64,000 nt of DNA from assembly GCA_000091205.1 (NCBI GenBank), contig AP006483.2; one strand, 5' to 3'. A model generated the notes under the pieces. That model did not search any database. It was not told where the DNA came from and saw nothing but the letters and a program-made list of their open reading frames with translations. Numbering within the stretch: position 1 is the first letter of the stretch; each line of letters starts with the position of its first letter. The translations under genes were made by a program, and so were the position numbers. This DNA comes from Cyanidioschyzon merolae (Eukaryota). Below, in pieces: positions 23,906 through 34,254 of this stretch.

Positions 23906-26224
23906 CACGCGCGCGCTAGGATCATGTAAAGTTACCAGCGCTCGATGCAGGTGCCATGTGTTACTTTTTTGAGAGCCCTGGTGTCCGAGTGCACATACAG
24001 ATTGTAGAGCGCACATCTGGAACCCTGGTTGACGAACCAGGTTTGCTCCCAGACATGGCCACACCAGCGACCCAGGGAAAACGTGCATGCGACGCATGCG
24101 GACGGCCCGGCAAGAGCAGGTGTCAGCGCAGTTGTAGCTGTACGTCGCGGTACCGAACCGACTTGGTATTTCCATGGTGTCCTGGACGAGGCATCGACAC
24201 TTGCGTATCAAACGCTCGAATTCATCATTACAACGATCCTCTGTCATGATTCGATCGTTCTGGGTTCAGGTTGTGAGCAGTGTTCGCACTTACCAGCCCA
24301 CGCATCGAGAGCGTCTTGCGAAGACCTCTGCATATATGGAGTGATTCATGGCACAGGCTGCGCCCGTGTCAGATGAGCATGGCGTACCGAAACGCTCGTT
24401 CCGATCATGCCTTGTAATTTCCTACCCAATGTGTCGTTCACATCGATAAACTCGACATTCATGTTGGAGCAAGAACGGTTCATCGAGTCCAATGGTTTTA
24501 CAGATTTTTTGGACAGAGCTTCTCGACGCCTTGCCACTACAGTTCCTTATGTTACCGTCATCATGATGATCGGCGACGTCCGTGAGACACAGTTCGTAAA
24601 GTAACCAATAGCTTCGTGTGATTCACGCGTACAAGCCTCCACGCTGCTCTCAGTCTCAAACGTAGCATGTTCGAATCAGGTATTCTCCATGTTTTCTATT
24701 TTTATGTTTCAAAACGACTTGGAGGCGCTGCAATGCGCTGCACTCCATGGATGACAATCAGTGACTCGAAGCTGTCCATTGACACCTGCATCATAAGCAT
24801 CATGGCGAAATGCCACAATGCTACTGAAATCAAATAATCGGTTCCGTTCCAGAGACAGATACTCTTTTCTTGGTGTCCGTGGACAAAACGGGAATCGACA
24901 GCAGCATGATACCCCTCACGAGAAATATGCTCCAAAGCTCCGCTCTCTTCGGTTTGGACGGAACGACGTCTTGCACTCGGACACAAGTCACTGCTGCGAT
25001 TGCCTCCAATGGTGCGTGCGTCACGGCCTGGCAAGACCAGAGCGTAGATGGATTGAAATCGCCCGACTTCAACTCCAGCTTGGATATCTCTTCCAGTCCG
25101 CGTGTTTATCATGGACAGCATCGCGTTCCATAAACCTCTACTGAATGGCACAGGGCGTGATTGCACATGCAACCGACAGCGTACGCACCGAGGGAATCGT
25201 CCAAGAAAATTCCGTTTTCGCTAGGGACGGCAGCGGGCGCGATAACGAAGGAACACGTATCCGGGAGCGCCTCCTGTACCCGTCGGTGGCATGTATCGAA
25301 CGAGGAAGCGAGCGTTCACACGCCATTTGGGGCACTCCTCAAAGAACCAGGAGGTGCTGCAGACGTAGCGGAAACACCGCATCACAGTCTAGTGTTACTC
25401 GTGCAAGGAATACACCTGAACGGTCGATATCGAAATGAAAAAATGGAAAGCGACGCGTAGATCGCAACGTCCACCCGAGCCCCAAACCCATCGACCAATG
25501 CTGGATACAGCGATATCGGGACCAGAATCATCCGACCAACATCTTGTGACTGCTGACAACGAACCTCGATCATAAATCAAAGACTGACGTGTCTAAGAAC
25601 GGAGACAAGGAAAAGGCAAATTCGTAGCAGAATCCCTCAAAGCCTTCTGTTGATGACAACTAGGGGAAACCAAAACATTTGTGCAAACATCAGAGCTAGC
25701 GTCTACAATGCCCAGCTGCTGAACGTCAGCATCGGTATAGATCGTATCGAGGCAGCTCTCAGTGTCCATATCCAACACGCTATTCGCCCCAGCAATCCAC
25801 AAAAGAAACGAGTCGTTATCCAACCAAGTCCCGCGGGTGCATCTGCATCATCCGATGCGCGATACGCCCGGGCGCGCTCCATCGCCAGATGCGGCGATGC
25901 CAGATGCGGATTCCGCCAGGCGCGCATCGCCGCCAGCCCCTTGAATCCACACCACAGCAACTCGCAGGTACAGGGATGCTGGACGCTTTCTTATCAGAGA
26001 CGAGCTCTGCTTCCGTGAATGTTGCGTCGTGTCTCTAAGCGACAACAAGAGTTCTGCAACGTTCTGACTCTGAGCTCGTATTATCGCACGGTACTGTGAC
26101 TAGACGACTTGACGGGGTAGCGCAGGCTGCATCCGGTGTGACTGCGTGCTTCTCGTGCTGTGTTCGTGGCTGGTCTGGTCACGATTCTAGAACTGACTGA
26201 CGCTGTGTTTGTGTTGTTACGTGC

Positions 26225-27160
26225 ATGTTGGCACTTGATCGCTGGCTGCAGGAAACACCTATCCTGCTCGAGGGTGCTTCTCCAGACTTGAAACGGCAGC
26301 GGCTACGACGGAGCCTTCTCTGGGCGCTTCTCTCGCTGGTAGCCTCGCACCTCTTATGCTATCTTGATGTACCGGCTTTCCTGGAGATAGCCGAGCACCA
26401 ACTGAAGGCCCCAGTGCTATTTTTGCGGGAGCATCGCGCTCGCAGTGTTTCGTCGACGGCGCTCGTGCGACTGGATCATAGCGATGTACGCGCGGCGCTA
26501 ATCAGCATCATTTTAGCGCCGATTCTATGGAATGGACTCGCTCGCCTCGAGTACCACTATCGCCTGTGGACAAGAATGACACGGGGACGGAGCGTATTCG
26601 CACATCGGCTGTTTTCTCTCTTCATCATCGCATGCTCAACGATTCGAGAGTACTGTATCCATAGAGCTGTTCGAACGAGTTCAGTATGGAGTTTGACGCA
26701 TCTTCACCACGGTGCGGAGATTGCTCGCGTGCTTCGCTTTTGGGGTGCGTTCTTGTACACTACTGGTGCTGTGCTCAGTTTGAGTGGGTTCTGGCGGCTG
26801 CGTCTCTACACGTACATGCCCGAGTATTTCGGGCTTTTCTGCTCGGAGATGGTTTCCAGCTTTCCGTTTAACGTTTTCTCAGATCCCATGTACTTGGGTA
26901 GTGCACTCATGCATTTCGGCTATGCGCTCTGGTGTCGTTCATCGACGGGGCTTGTGCTCGCTGTGGTGCTGTCGTTGGTATACTGGGTCGCTGCGCGGTT
27001 GATTGAAGAGCCATTCATGTACAAACTCTATGCAGAAGAATTCCGGCGACGTGGAATGGAGCAGCAACGAGAACATCTCGAGCACAGTGTCGATATCATA
27101 CGCAGTACGACAGCGTGCGTCAAGATGGCGTCGGTGCATGCGTCCAAGAAATGCACTTGA
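26225..27160 (+). CDS. PEMT: Phosphatidylethanolamine N-methyltransferase (PEMT/PLMT family), multi-pass membrane protein
   Basis: 311 aa. The C-terminal catalytic motif block FPFNVFSDPMYLGSALMHFGYALWCRSSTGLVLAVVLSLVYWVAARLIEEPFMYKLYAEEF lines up with the FPFN..D.PMY.GS...G.A......GL.L..L.A..Y.VA...EEPF signature of PEMT. Confidence 0.8.
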   Translation: MLALDRWLQETPILLEGASPDLKRQRLRRSLLWALLSLVASHLLCYLDVPAFLEIAEHQLKAPVLFLREHRARSVSSTALVRLDHSDVRAALISIILAPILWNGLARLEYHYRLWTRMTRGRSVFAHRLFSLFIIACSTIREYCIHRAVRTSSVWSLTHLHHGAEIARVLRFWGAFLYTTGAVLSLSGFWRLRLYTYMPEYFGLFCSEMVSSFPFNVFSDPMYLGSALMHFGYALWCRSSTGLVLAVVLSLVYWVAARLIEEPFMYKLYAEEFRRRGMEQQREHLEHSVDIIRSTTACVKMASVHASKKCT

Positions 27161-27708
27161 AGGTACCCAAGCAGAAAATGCTGGCATTCTGTATCCGGTA
27201 CAAGTAGCGTCAGCATCCTTGAGCAGAAACCTGCAAGCTTCTCGCGGAATCGTCCCGATTTGAGGTGATGTCCGTCTTTCGCTTGTGCAACTGGAAGAGT
27301 GGTCGTTTGCGCACCATCAATTGGTTCGAAGACGGAGCTTGTTATGAAAATAGAATATTCAGAGGCGCTTGAGAAGAATCAAGTGTACATTTTAAAATTT
27401 CGCTAACGTTCAGGTATCTGAAAGACTCCGTTCTGATTGATCGACTGCATACCCCGAGCATCTGCACAACGGCTAGACCTTGACATGAACTGGGTGCCTA
27501 AGCTCGAAACATACCGAGTCCTTCGCCTCGTTATCGTCTGCGTTCGCGTCATCGATGGAATCCTCCTTGAGCGGTGTATCACTGCGTTGGAAGAAAATTC
27601 TCGTTTGCGTCTGTTGCGTGCGAAATACCTGGACTGCCGCTCCGTTATTCTGCTGAGAGGCCAGGAACGAGCATACCTTGTGAACAACCTACAGGGCTTC
27701 AGGCTATC

Positions 27709-28911
27709 ATGCCACAACGACCGAAGCGACCGAACAGAGCTAGGGGCGAGAAAAGCACACTCTGGCTCGTGTTCCTTTGGAGCGGTTTTTTTGGCGTTCT
27801 CGCGGCTGTTTGGCGAGCGATCATTGCCCCAAGCGGACCTTTTTCTATCCGCACGTGGTTCCATATTTGTGTCGACGTGGCTCGGGCTCGTCTCGCGGCC
27901 CCGTCGTGGAACGTCAGGCCGCTGGAACAGGTTACGGAACGTGCAGTTGCTATAGTAACCGGGGGTAACTCAGGTATCGGCTTCGAAACTGCACGCGGCC
28001 TCTGGCTGGCAGGCTACAACGTCATCCTGGCGTGCAGAAGTGAAAATCGTGGCCAAGAGGCCTGTAAACAAATACTGGAGACGGAAAGGCACCCATCGGC
28101 TTCGGCGAAGCGTGGTACGCTGACGGTGCTCCCGTTGGACCTGAGCGAGCTGTCCTCTGTTGTGGCGTTCGTAGAGCGCTATCATCAGCGCTGGAAGACT
28201 TTGGACCTCTTGGTACTGAATGCAGGCATCATGTCACCTTTTCGCTACGAGGAAACAGCCCAAGGTTACGAGGCACACCTTGGTGTGAATCATTTGGCAC
28301 AGTACTTGCTGGTGCGTCTCTTGATGGATATGCTGGAGCAGCGTCGAGGTCGTGTGGTGCTTGTCAGCAGTATTCTCGCGCTGCTCGCGGATGACCTGAG
28401 CTGGCACGGTCCACAGTGGTCGAGGCAAGGTCAGTGGCCCTTCATGGCCTATGGATGGAGCAAGGCGTACAATTATATGCTCTCGCTGGAACTGCAGCGG
28501 CGAGGTCTGGATGCTCGGTGTGTGCATCCCGGTGAGGTTCGCACCGAGGTCGTCCGGCGACTTCCTTCTTGGGTCCAACGTGCCTATACCTGGATCGGAT
28601 CGTTTGTGCTTCGTACACCTGCTGAGGGTGCTGCGACTGTCCTGTTCGCTTGCTTTGCACCATTAGCGGACGACGCCGATGAAAGGGCTGTATCGACACC
28701 GTCCAAGAGTGCACGGACTCCGTCGGGGAACCAGTCAGAGCAGGAGGTCACTGCCTTGACGGTTGCTCAGCGTGAGGCGCTCATTCTTGATGCTGGCACC
28801 CGGTTTCTCGCGATGCCGCTGTGGATGCGTGCCCCAGCGAATACACAGCAGCTGTGGATGCTCTCGGAACACGCTGTTGAGCCGTACTTGCGTACATCGA
28901 CAGGTTCCTGA
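27709..28911 (+). CDS. Short-chain dehydrogenase/reductase, retinol-dehydrogenase (RDH11-14)-like, with N-terminal TM anchor
   Basis: 400 aa from ATG 27709; the track start is a GTG. An N-terminal TM helix (TLWLVFLWSGFFGVLAAVW) precedes the Rossmann motif AIVTGGNSGIGFETARGL...ILACRS and the NAG motif LVLNAGIM. Confidence 0.75.
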   Translation: MPQRPKRPNRARGEKSTLWLVFLWSGFFGVLAAVWRAIIAPSGPFSIRTWFHICVDVARARLAAPSWNVRPLEQVTERAVAIVTGGNSGIGFETARGLWLAGYNVILACRSENRGQEACKQILETERHPSASAKRGTLTVLPLDLSELSSVVAFVERYHQRWKTLDLLVLNAGIMSPFRYEETAQGYEAHLGVNHLAQYLLVRLLMDMLEQRRGRVVLVSSILALLADDLSWHGPQWSRQGQWPFMAYGWSKAYNYMLSLELQRRGLDARCVHPGEVRTEVVRRLPSWVQRAYTWIGSFVLRTPAEGAATVLFACFAPLADDADERAVSTPSKSARTPSGNQSEQEVTALTVAQREALILDAGTRFLAMPLWMRAPANTQQLWMLSEHAVEPYLRTSTGS

Positions 28912-30588
28912 ACCTGCCTTGTTCGGGGTATTGGTTTTTCTTCGGTAGCTGCGCTGCGCACGACCTCGAATGACCGCATAGCGGGGGCAGTATCCACCAA
29001 AGGCGCGCTGTAAGAGGAACTTTCATCGAGTCGCCGATGCAGGGTGCGTTTGCATCTGTACCTTGTAAGGCTCCGGACTGGCGCCGGCTGCTGCTTCATG
29101 GCGTGAACGTGAAAGCCTCAAGCGCAACAGATGCTTTTGCTCCTGCTGTTGCTGCTGCACTGAACGGGGCAAGTTTCTTGGTACCTGGAAAGCATGCAAG
29201 TTGTGTCCTGATCCGAAGCTGCACTAGCAGTGTAGAGGCTGCTGCCGTTACCGCAGAGGCATGCTGAACAGGCCATGTTTCTGGGTACCTGGATCGCACG
29301 TCCGCAATCGGCAGCGTGCACTCGGTACATTAGAAATCGTTCTTGATAGCATATGTAGGCCAGCAGCACTCTATTGTCAAGCAACCTGGCGTTGCCTGTA
29401 CAAGGGCGCAGCGTATATTAGCGTGAGAAACCTTTGGCAGTACTCTAATACTCACCTGAGGCATCGTCATGGATGTTCTGCTTGCACATAGGCACCCAGC
29501 CTGCTCAGAGGCCTTTTGTCTCTGAATCGATGTAACATGGGCATTCGGGGCAACGCAGTGCCGCAAAACGAGGCCCTTGTAGCGCCAGACGCTGATACTT
29601 CGCACCAGGTGTACCGGCAATAGCCGTGTCCGGCTTCGAATGGACAAGCTCGGTACCCGCTTTGCCGCGCGTGACGAACACGAACAGGGCGGCTATTGCT
29701 GCTCGCTGGTCACTGATGTTGTCCAATGTTGCTTTGTGTTTCGTTTCGCGGCTACAGACCGAGCAATGCCGCAGGACAAAGATGCCCACCGAGAAGTTTC
29801 AAGGATGCCAGCGAAACGCTCTGCTATTCATTGGATTTGTGTTTTCGCCATTGCAGGCAACTTTTCCATGGACCAAGACAGTGGAGTATAATGCTCTTAT
29901 CTTGTCGACCAGAGCCCGAAAGCGGAATCCAACAAATACTCGCAAGCGCGCGCTCGAGGACAAGAACTCGAAAGCAAGTTCCCAGCGCGGGTACCACTGC
30001 GGACAACGAACGCCAACGCTGGTGCCCGTCGACGCTGGTTTTGTGCAAAATGGACCACCTCTGGGATCCCTGCAGCTCGGTAATTGCTGAGTCTCAGAAG
30101 CCTCGAATTCTGTGTGCTGAACACGTTGCTGCGATAGAGCTTCCCAGCATCTGCCGCTGCCGCAGCATCTCTATGCATGCACGCTTTGCCGACAAGTGCT
30201 AGAGCCGCTGTGGATTCTCCCGTCTCTCAGCAGTGGCACTGCCGGTGTCCTTTGCTTCGAATCAGGACGATATCCGCTGACTAGCGCAGTCGTTTCGCAG
30301 CATTCGGTACAGCGCAGAAGCTCGCACTCTTCTGTTGCATGTTTGCTGTTCTCGTGGTGCCGTTTACCCAAGCTCGCACACGAGACGACCTGATAGAAGC
30401 GGATTTGCGTATTCACCTTAACACAGGATGTCCGAGGGCGTCTTACTCGAGACGCACTCAGGAAACAGCCAGAGAGAAGCATCTCTGCGGGACAGCTTCC
30501 ACAAATTACTGTATGTATCCTACGCCCTGTTGACTACTGGATGCATATGTATTACTTTCGATTAGGTTGTGGAGGGACTTCCAATTTC

Positions 30589-30608
30589 GTGTGTGTGTGT
30601 GTGTGTGT
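30589..30608. repeat. (GT)10 dinucleotide microsatellite
   Basis: gtgtgtgtgtgtgtgtgtgt. Other short runs: (AC)n at 5648-5665, (GT)n at 41751-41768, (AC)n at 43015-43030, (CAT)7 at 40871-40892, (CATTC)4 at about 42004-42025. Confidence 0.9.
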
Positions 30609-31308
30609 TTGCCTATGTGTGTATGAGCAGGGAGTGTTGTGAGAAACTGCCCGCATGATTCATAGGTCATCAGTACCTGCTTCTCTTCCTTCTTCATTGA
30701 CTTGAGTGTCCATAGATCCATGGGAGAGACTTTACGGCATCCGGCATGACCAGTGCAATCCACTTGTATTGCTAGACGATCTCGAGAATCGATTGAATCT
30801 ATACGCGATAAATTTTGTGAACGAAGCTGTCACAGCTGACGAAAGCATACCATTCGGGTATCGAGTACGCGCTTCCGATGCTGGAGAACAGCGTCATCGG
30901 CACCAGGTACCACTTCCTCGACACCGTGTTCGCGGGTCCACGACGAGAGGTATCAGTTTGGGACTTGTGTGGTTAGGCGAAGGGAGCACGTTTCCCGTCC
31001 GGAGCAGCTCCAAGCCAAAACCGAAAGTTTCTCGAATAGATATCGATTGTGCCTGGAAAGCCGGCGAGCAGGCGTCAGGCACGTGGCGTCGGACGAGTGT
31101 TTGTTTATTTGTCTGGCTATATGGGTGTGGAGCTTCGTTCGACACCAGTGTCCCGTCCAGGCTTTGAAGCCAAACCTCCAAGTCTGTAGGCAAGGCTCGT
31201 TTCGCACTGCAGACAGGACCTGGACAAGTCAACCAATCGTTCTTTAAGAATAGCTGGTGCGCTCCGGTGCCTCTACGACCGCTGTAAATACTGGGAGTTT
31301 GGGTCCCT

Positions 31309-34254
31309 ATGAGCGAGCAAGCGCAGGAATCACTGCCGCCGCTAACGCCAGGCTACCGTGAACTCCTGGTACGTCTGTTGCTAGCGTCAACAGCGGTTGC
31401 GACGCAGCCGTCAACAGCGCTCGAGTCGACGCAGTACCTGGAGCGCTTGGAAGCTGAGCACCCTGGACTATTTGTCCACGGGCTCTTGGAGCTTGCGCTG
31501 GACACGAGTGGAGCGCTAGACCTCCGCGTCCTGAGTGCGATCTGTGCGAAGAATGCGGTAACAAGGCGCTGGTCCCACTACATTGCTCAGCGTGTCTCCG
31601 ACAGGGAGCGTCACCGGGTTCATCAGTTCCTCTGGCGAGCACTGGACTCTACCGAACAGCCCATATCACGAGTGATACTTGAGGTTACTGCGGTGGTGGC
31701 TCGTTACGACTACCCCAAAGCATGGATCAACTTACCCGAACAACTACTCGCGTGGTGTCCAGCCACTGCCCCACTCGAAAGACAATACCGCTGGCTCGTG
31801 ATTGTGAACCACATCTGGAAGACCTTGAGCCGTCATCGAAGTCGTTCCCAGCTTGAACATGTGAGCGTTATGGCACGTTCATTATGGCATCGCCTGGTCG
31901 ACCTGTGGTTCCGTTTGTGGAACCAGAACCTCGCAGCGTGGTTGCCTGGACTCGTACCGGCACCGGCGAGTTGCTTCTGGCAGCCAAGTGCCGACCAGCT
32001 CGACCTCTGGTTGGACTGCGTCCGGGAAAACCTAAAAGGACTACGACGTCTAGTAGCGCAGGAGGTTTTCCAGGGTCCAGACGCCAGCACGCTGATAGCG
32101 TTGCTGCAGCATTGTACACATGTAGAGCGATGCCTCGCTGGTGTTGTTGGGCATGCGGCTGCTGCGCGTCTGCGGTATCTATTGATCAAGTTCAAGTACA
32201 TTTGCTTTACGAATCACCGCTCTATCGAGGATTTTCCTCTTTCCATGTTGTTACCTTGGAGCGAAGACATTTGTGCGATGCTCTTACAGGTACCAGAGAA
32301 GCGCGAGCGCTCAGATGCGGCGCTCGACGAGTCCAACGAACGTCGCAGCCTCTACGCAATGCGCTTTCTCCGAGACATTCTCGGCGAACTGCGGGATCTG
32401 GAAACCGCTGATGATATCGAAGAAGCCTGTCTAGCTGCCTGTGGCGATATCGGTGCACAGCGCGCACTCGAGGATCGGCATCATCCGGTATGGACGACGC
32501 TGCAGGCACTGGTGAAGGCACAGTACGCAGCGCTGACTTGTGCCCTGCTCGATCGCTTTGTGCGACTCTCGGCGACGGAGCTGGCCACCTGGCTAGAGCG
32601 TCCCGCTGCTGCATGCTACGACGATGAGGAATCGGAATGGAACGACGATCAGATGCGTTCACTGGCGGAACAAGTGTGTGCAGCGCTGGCCGCCATTGAT
32701 GCGGATGCCTTTGTCACCACGTTGTCTGCCCGAATAGGCGCCTTGCGAGCTGTACATGACTGGCTCGGCATTGAGGCTGCTTTTCGTGTCCTGGGACGTG
32801 CAATATCCACGCTGGGCGACGCCCTGGACACCAGGGCGCTCCTAGAGTCGATGCTGTACCCGCTGCTGCAGAGCGAAGGCGCTGATGCGGCGGAGCTGTT
32901 CCTGCAGGCTCGTACTGCAATCCTCACGGGTCAGTGCGGTGAGCGTCTCCCGAAAGTGGATCGTTGTCGGTTGTACGGGGCGTTGGTCTCAAAACTCGGG
33001 GACGTGGCGTCGCCAGCGCACCTGGTACGCGCCTTCGGAGCCGCACGCGGATTGCTGATGTTGCTCTGTGATCTCGGATTCTGTGCGGATGACTTTTGCC
33101 CTTATTTACCGGATGCGATGACTCATGTTTTCACGCTGATGGAAGCATGTACGGAGGAGCCGAAGTCCATGTCGCAGCTGCTGGATCTGGTCGTTGTTCT
33201 AGTAGAATCTTGCCCAGGCGCGTTTTTCGACGTGCACGACACTGAGAGCATGATCTCTTGGATTAGTGTTCGCCTGTGTGACGTTATGGAGCGGCTCTTC
33301 TTCGGTGGACACGACGACGGAACCCTGCACCTGGTGCGTTGCCAGCTGGTAGCGCATCTGACACGCCTTCTTGCCGCTGATCGAGGCGGGGTGCTTGCAC
33401 GTCAACCAGCCGTCATAGCGCTGGCGTTAAGGATGATCACGTTTGGCATCGGCTACGGGAGTGATGCCTCGACATACCTCATAGATGATGCATTCGAGTT
33501 GCTTCATCGCGTGCTGCTGGTGGCTTCCGAATACGACGTAGTACTGGATCGCCTATTTTACTCTGTCATGGATTGGCTCGGAAACGGTGACCTGCTGCGT
33601 CCAGTGCTTCGGGTTGTACGCGCCTACGCCATGCTCGGAGGCTGTGTCTGGTATGCTCGGCACGCTGGAGCGCTCGCTGGACACTTTGGCAACCTCTATG
33701 CTTCGGGATTGTCGGATCGAGTTGTCGCAGAGCTTTCGGAGCTGCTGCTTGCTTTGTTCGCCTGTGCAGATGACGCAGAGCGATTTCACAAAGACTTTGG
33801 GATCCTGCTCGGTGCACTGGAGAAGGATCTCCACGCTGGTCAGTTTGGTTGCGGCCCGCGAGCGAGCATCGCTGTCCTTCTGGCTACTGCTCTGCGTGAC
33901 CATGTGCTGATGGATGATGATCTCGCGAGGATTTTCCTCGAAGCGGCTGCGGTGACGTTCTCGACGACCCAGCGAGCGCGCTTGGCTCTGCTCTTGGCCA
34001 AATACTTGGACGCGCATGAGGGCCAGCATTGTTTGCATAGAGATCGCATCCTGCGGCTGCTACGACAAGTGCATCGTGAACTTGGCGAGGACTCGACCCC
34101 CGACGATGATCTGTCGGCACACAATGGCGATGTGGAGCACGTTTCCGGTGTACCTGGGGACACGGGCCTGCTTCCAGATTGTACAGCGCAGGACATACGT
34201 GGTGAATGGAATCGCCTTGTTGAACGACTGCTCGCTAGACACATGTCAGATTAA
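31309..34254 (+). CDS. Importin-beta family karyopherin, importin-11/Kap120-like
   Basis: 981 aa. The N-terminal importin-beta (IBN_N) pattern LSAICAKNAVTRRWSHY and ...VVARYDYPKAWINLPEQLL parallel importin-11 (LAVLYFKHGIDRYWRR; AKVARLDCPRQWPELIP). The rest is Leu/Ala-rich HEAT-like sequence, and the length matches importin-11. Confidence 0.65.
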   Translation: MSEQAQESLPPLTPGYRELLVRLLLASTAVATQPSTALESTQYLERLEAEHPGLFVHGLLELALDTSGALDLRVLSAICAKNAVTRRWSHYIAQRVSDRERHRVHQFLWRALDSTEQPISRVILEVTAVVARYDYPKAWINLPEQLLAWCPATAPLERQYRWLVIVNHIWKTLSRHRSRSQLEHVSVMARSLWHRLVDLWFRLWNQNLAAWLPGLVPAPASCFWQPSADQLDLWLDCVRENLKGLRRLVAQEVFQGPDASTLIALLQHCTHVERCLAGVVGHAAAARLRYLLIKFKYICFTNHRSIEDFPLSMLLPWSEDICAMLLQVPEKRERSDAALDESNERRSLYAMRFLRDILGELRDLETADDIEEACLAACGDIGAQRALEDRHHPVWTTLQALVKAQYAALTCALLDRFVRLSATELATWLERPAAACYDDEESEWNDDQMRSLAEQVCAALAAIDADAFVTTLSARIGALRAVHDWLGIEAAFRVLGRAISTLGDALDTRALLESMLYPLLQSEGADAAELFLQARTAILTGQCGERLPKVDRCRLYGALVSKLGDVASPAHLVRAFGAARGLLMLLCDLGFCADDFCPYLPDAMTHVFTLMEACTEEPKSMSQLLDLVVVLVESCPGAFFDVHDTESMISWISVRLCDVMERLFFGGHDDGTLHLVRCQLVAHLTRLLAADRGGVLARQPAVIALALRMITFGIGYGSDASTYLIDDAFELLHRVLLVASEYDVVLDRLFYSVMDWLGNGDLLRPVLRVVRAYAMLGGCVWYARHAGALAGHFGNLYASGLSDRVVAELSELLLALFACADDAERFHKDFGILLGALEKDLHAGQFGCGPRASIAVLLATALRDHVLMDDDLARIFLEAAAVTFSTTQRARLALLLAKYLDAHEGQHCLHRDRILRLLRQVHRELGEDSTPDDDLSAHNGDVEHVSGVPGDTGLLPDCTAQDIRGEWNRLVERLLARHMSD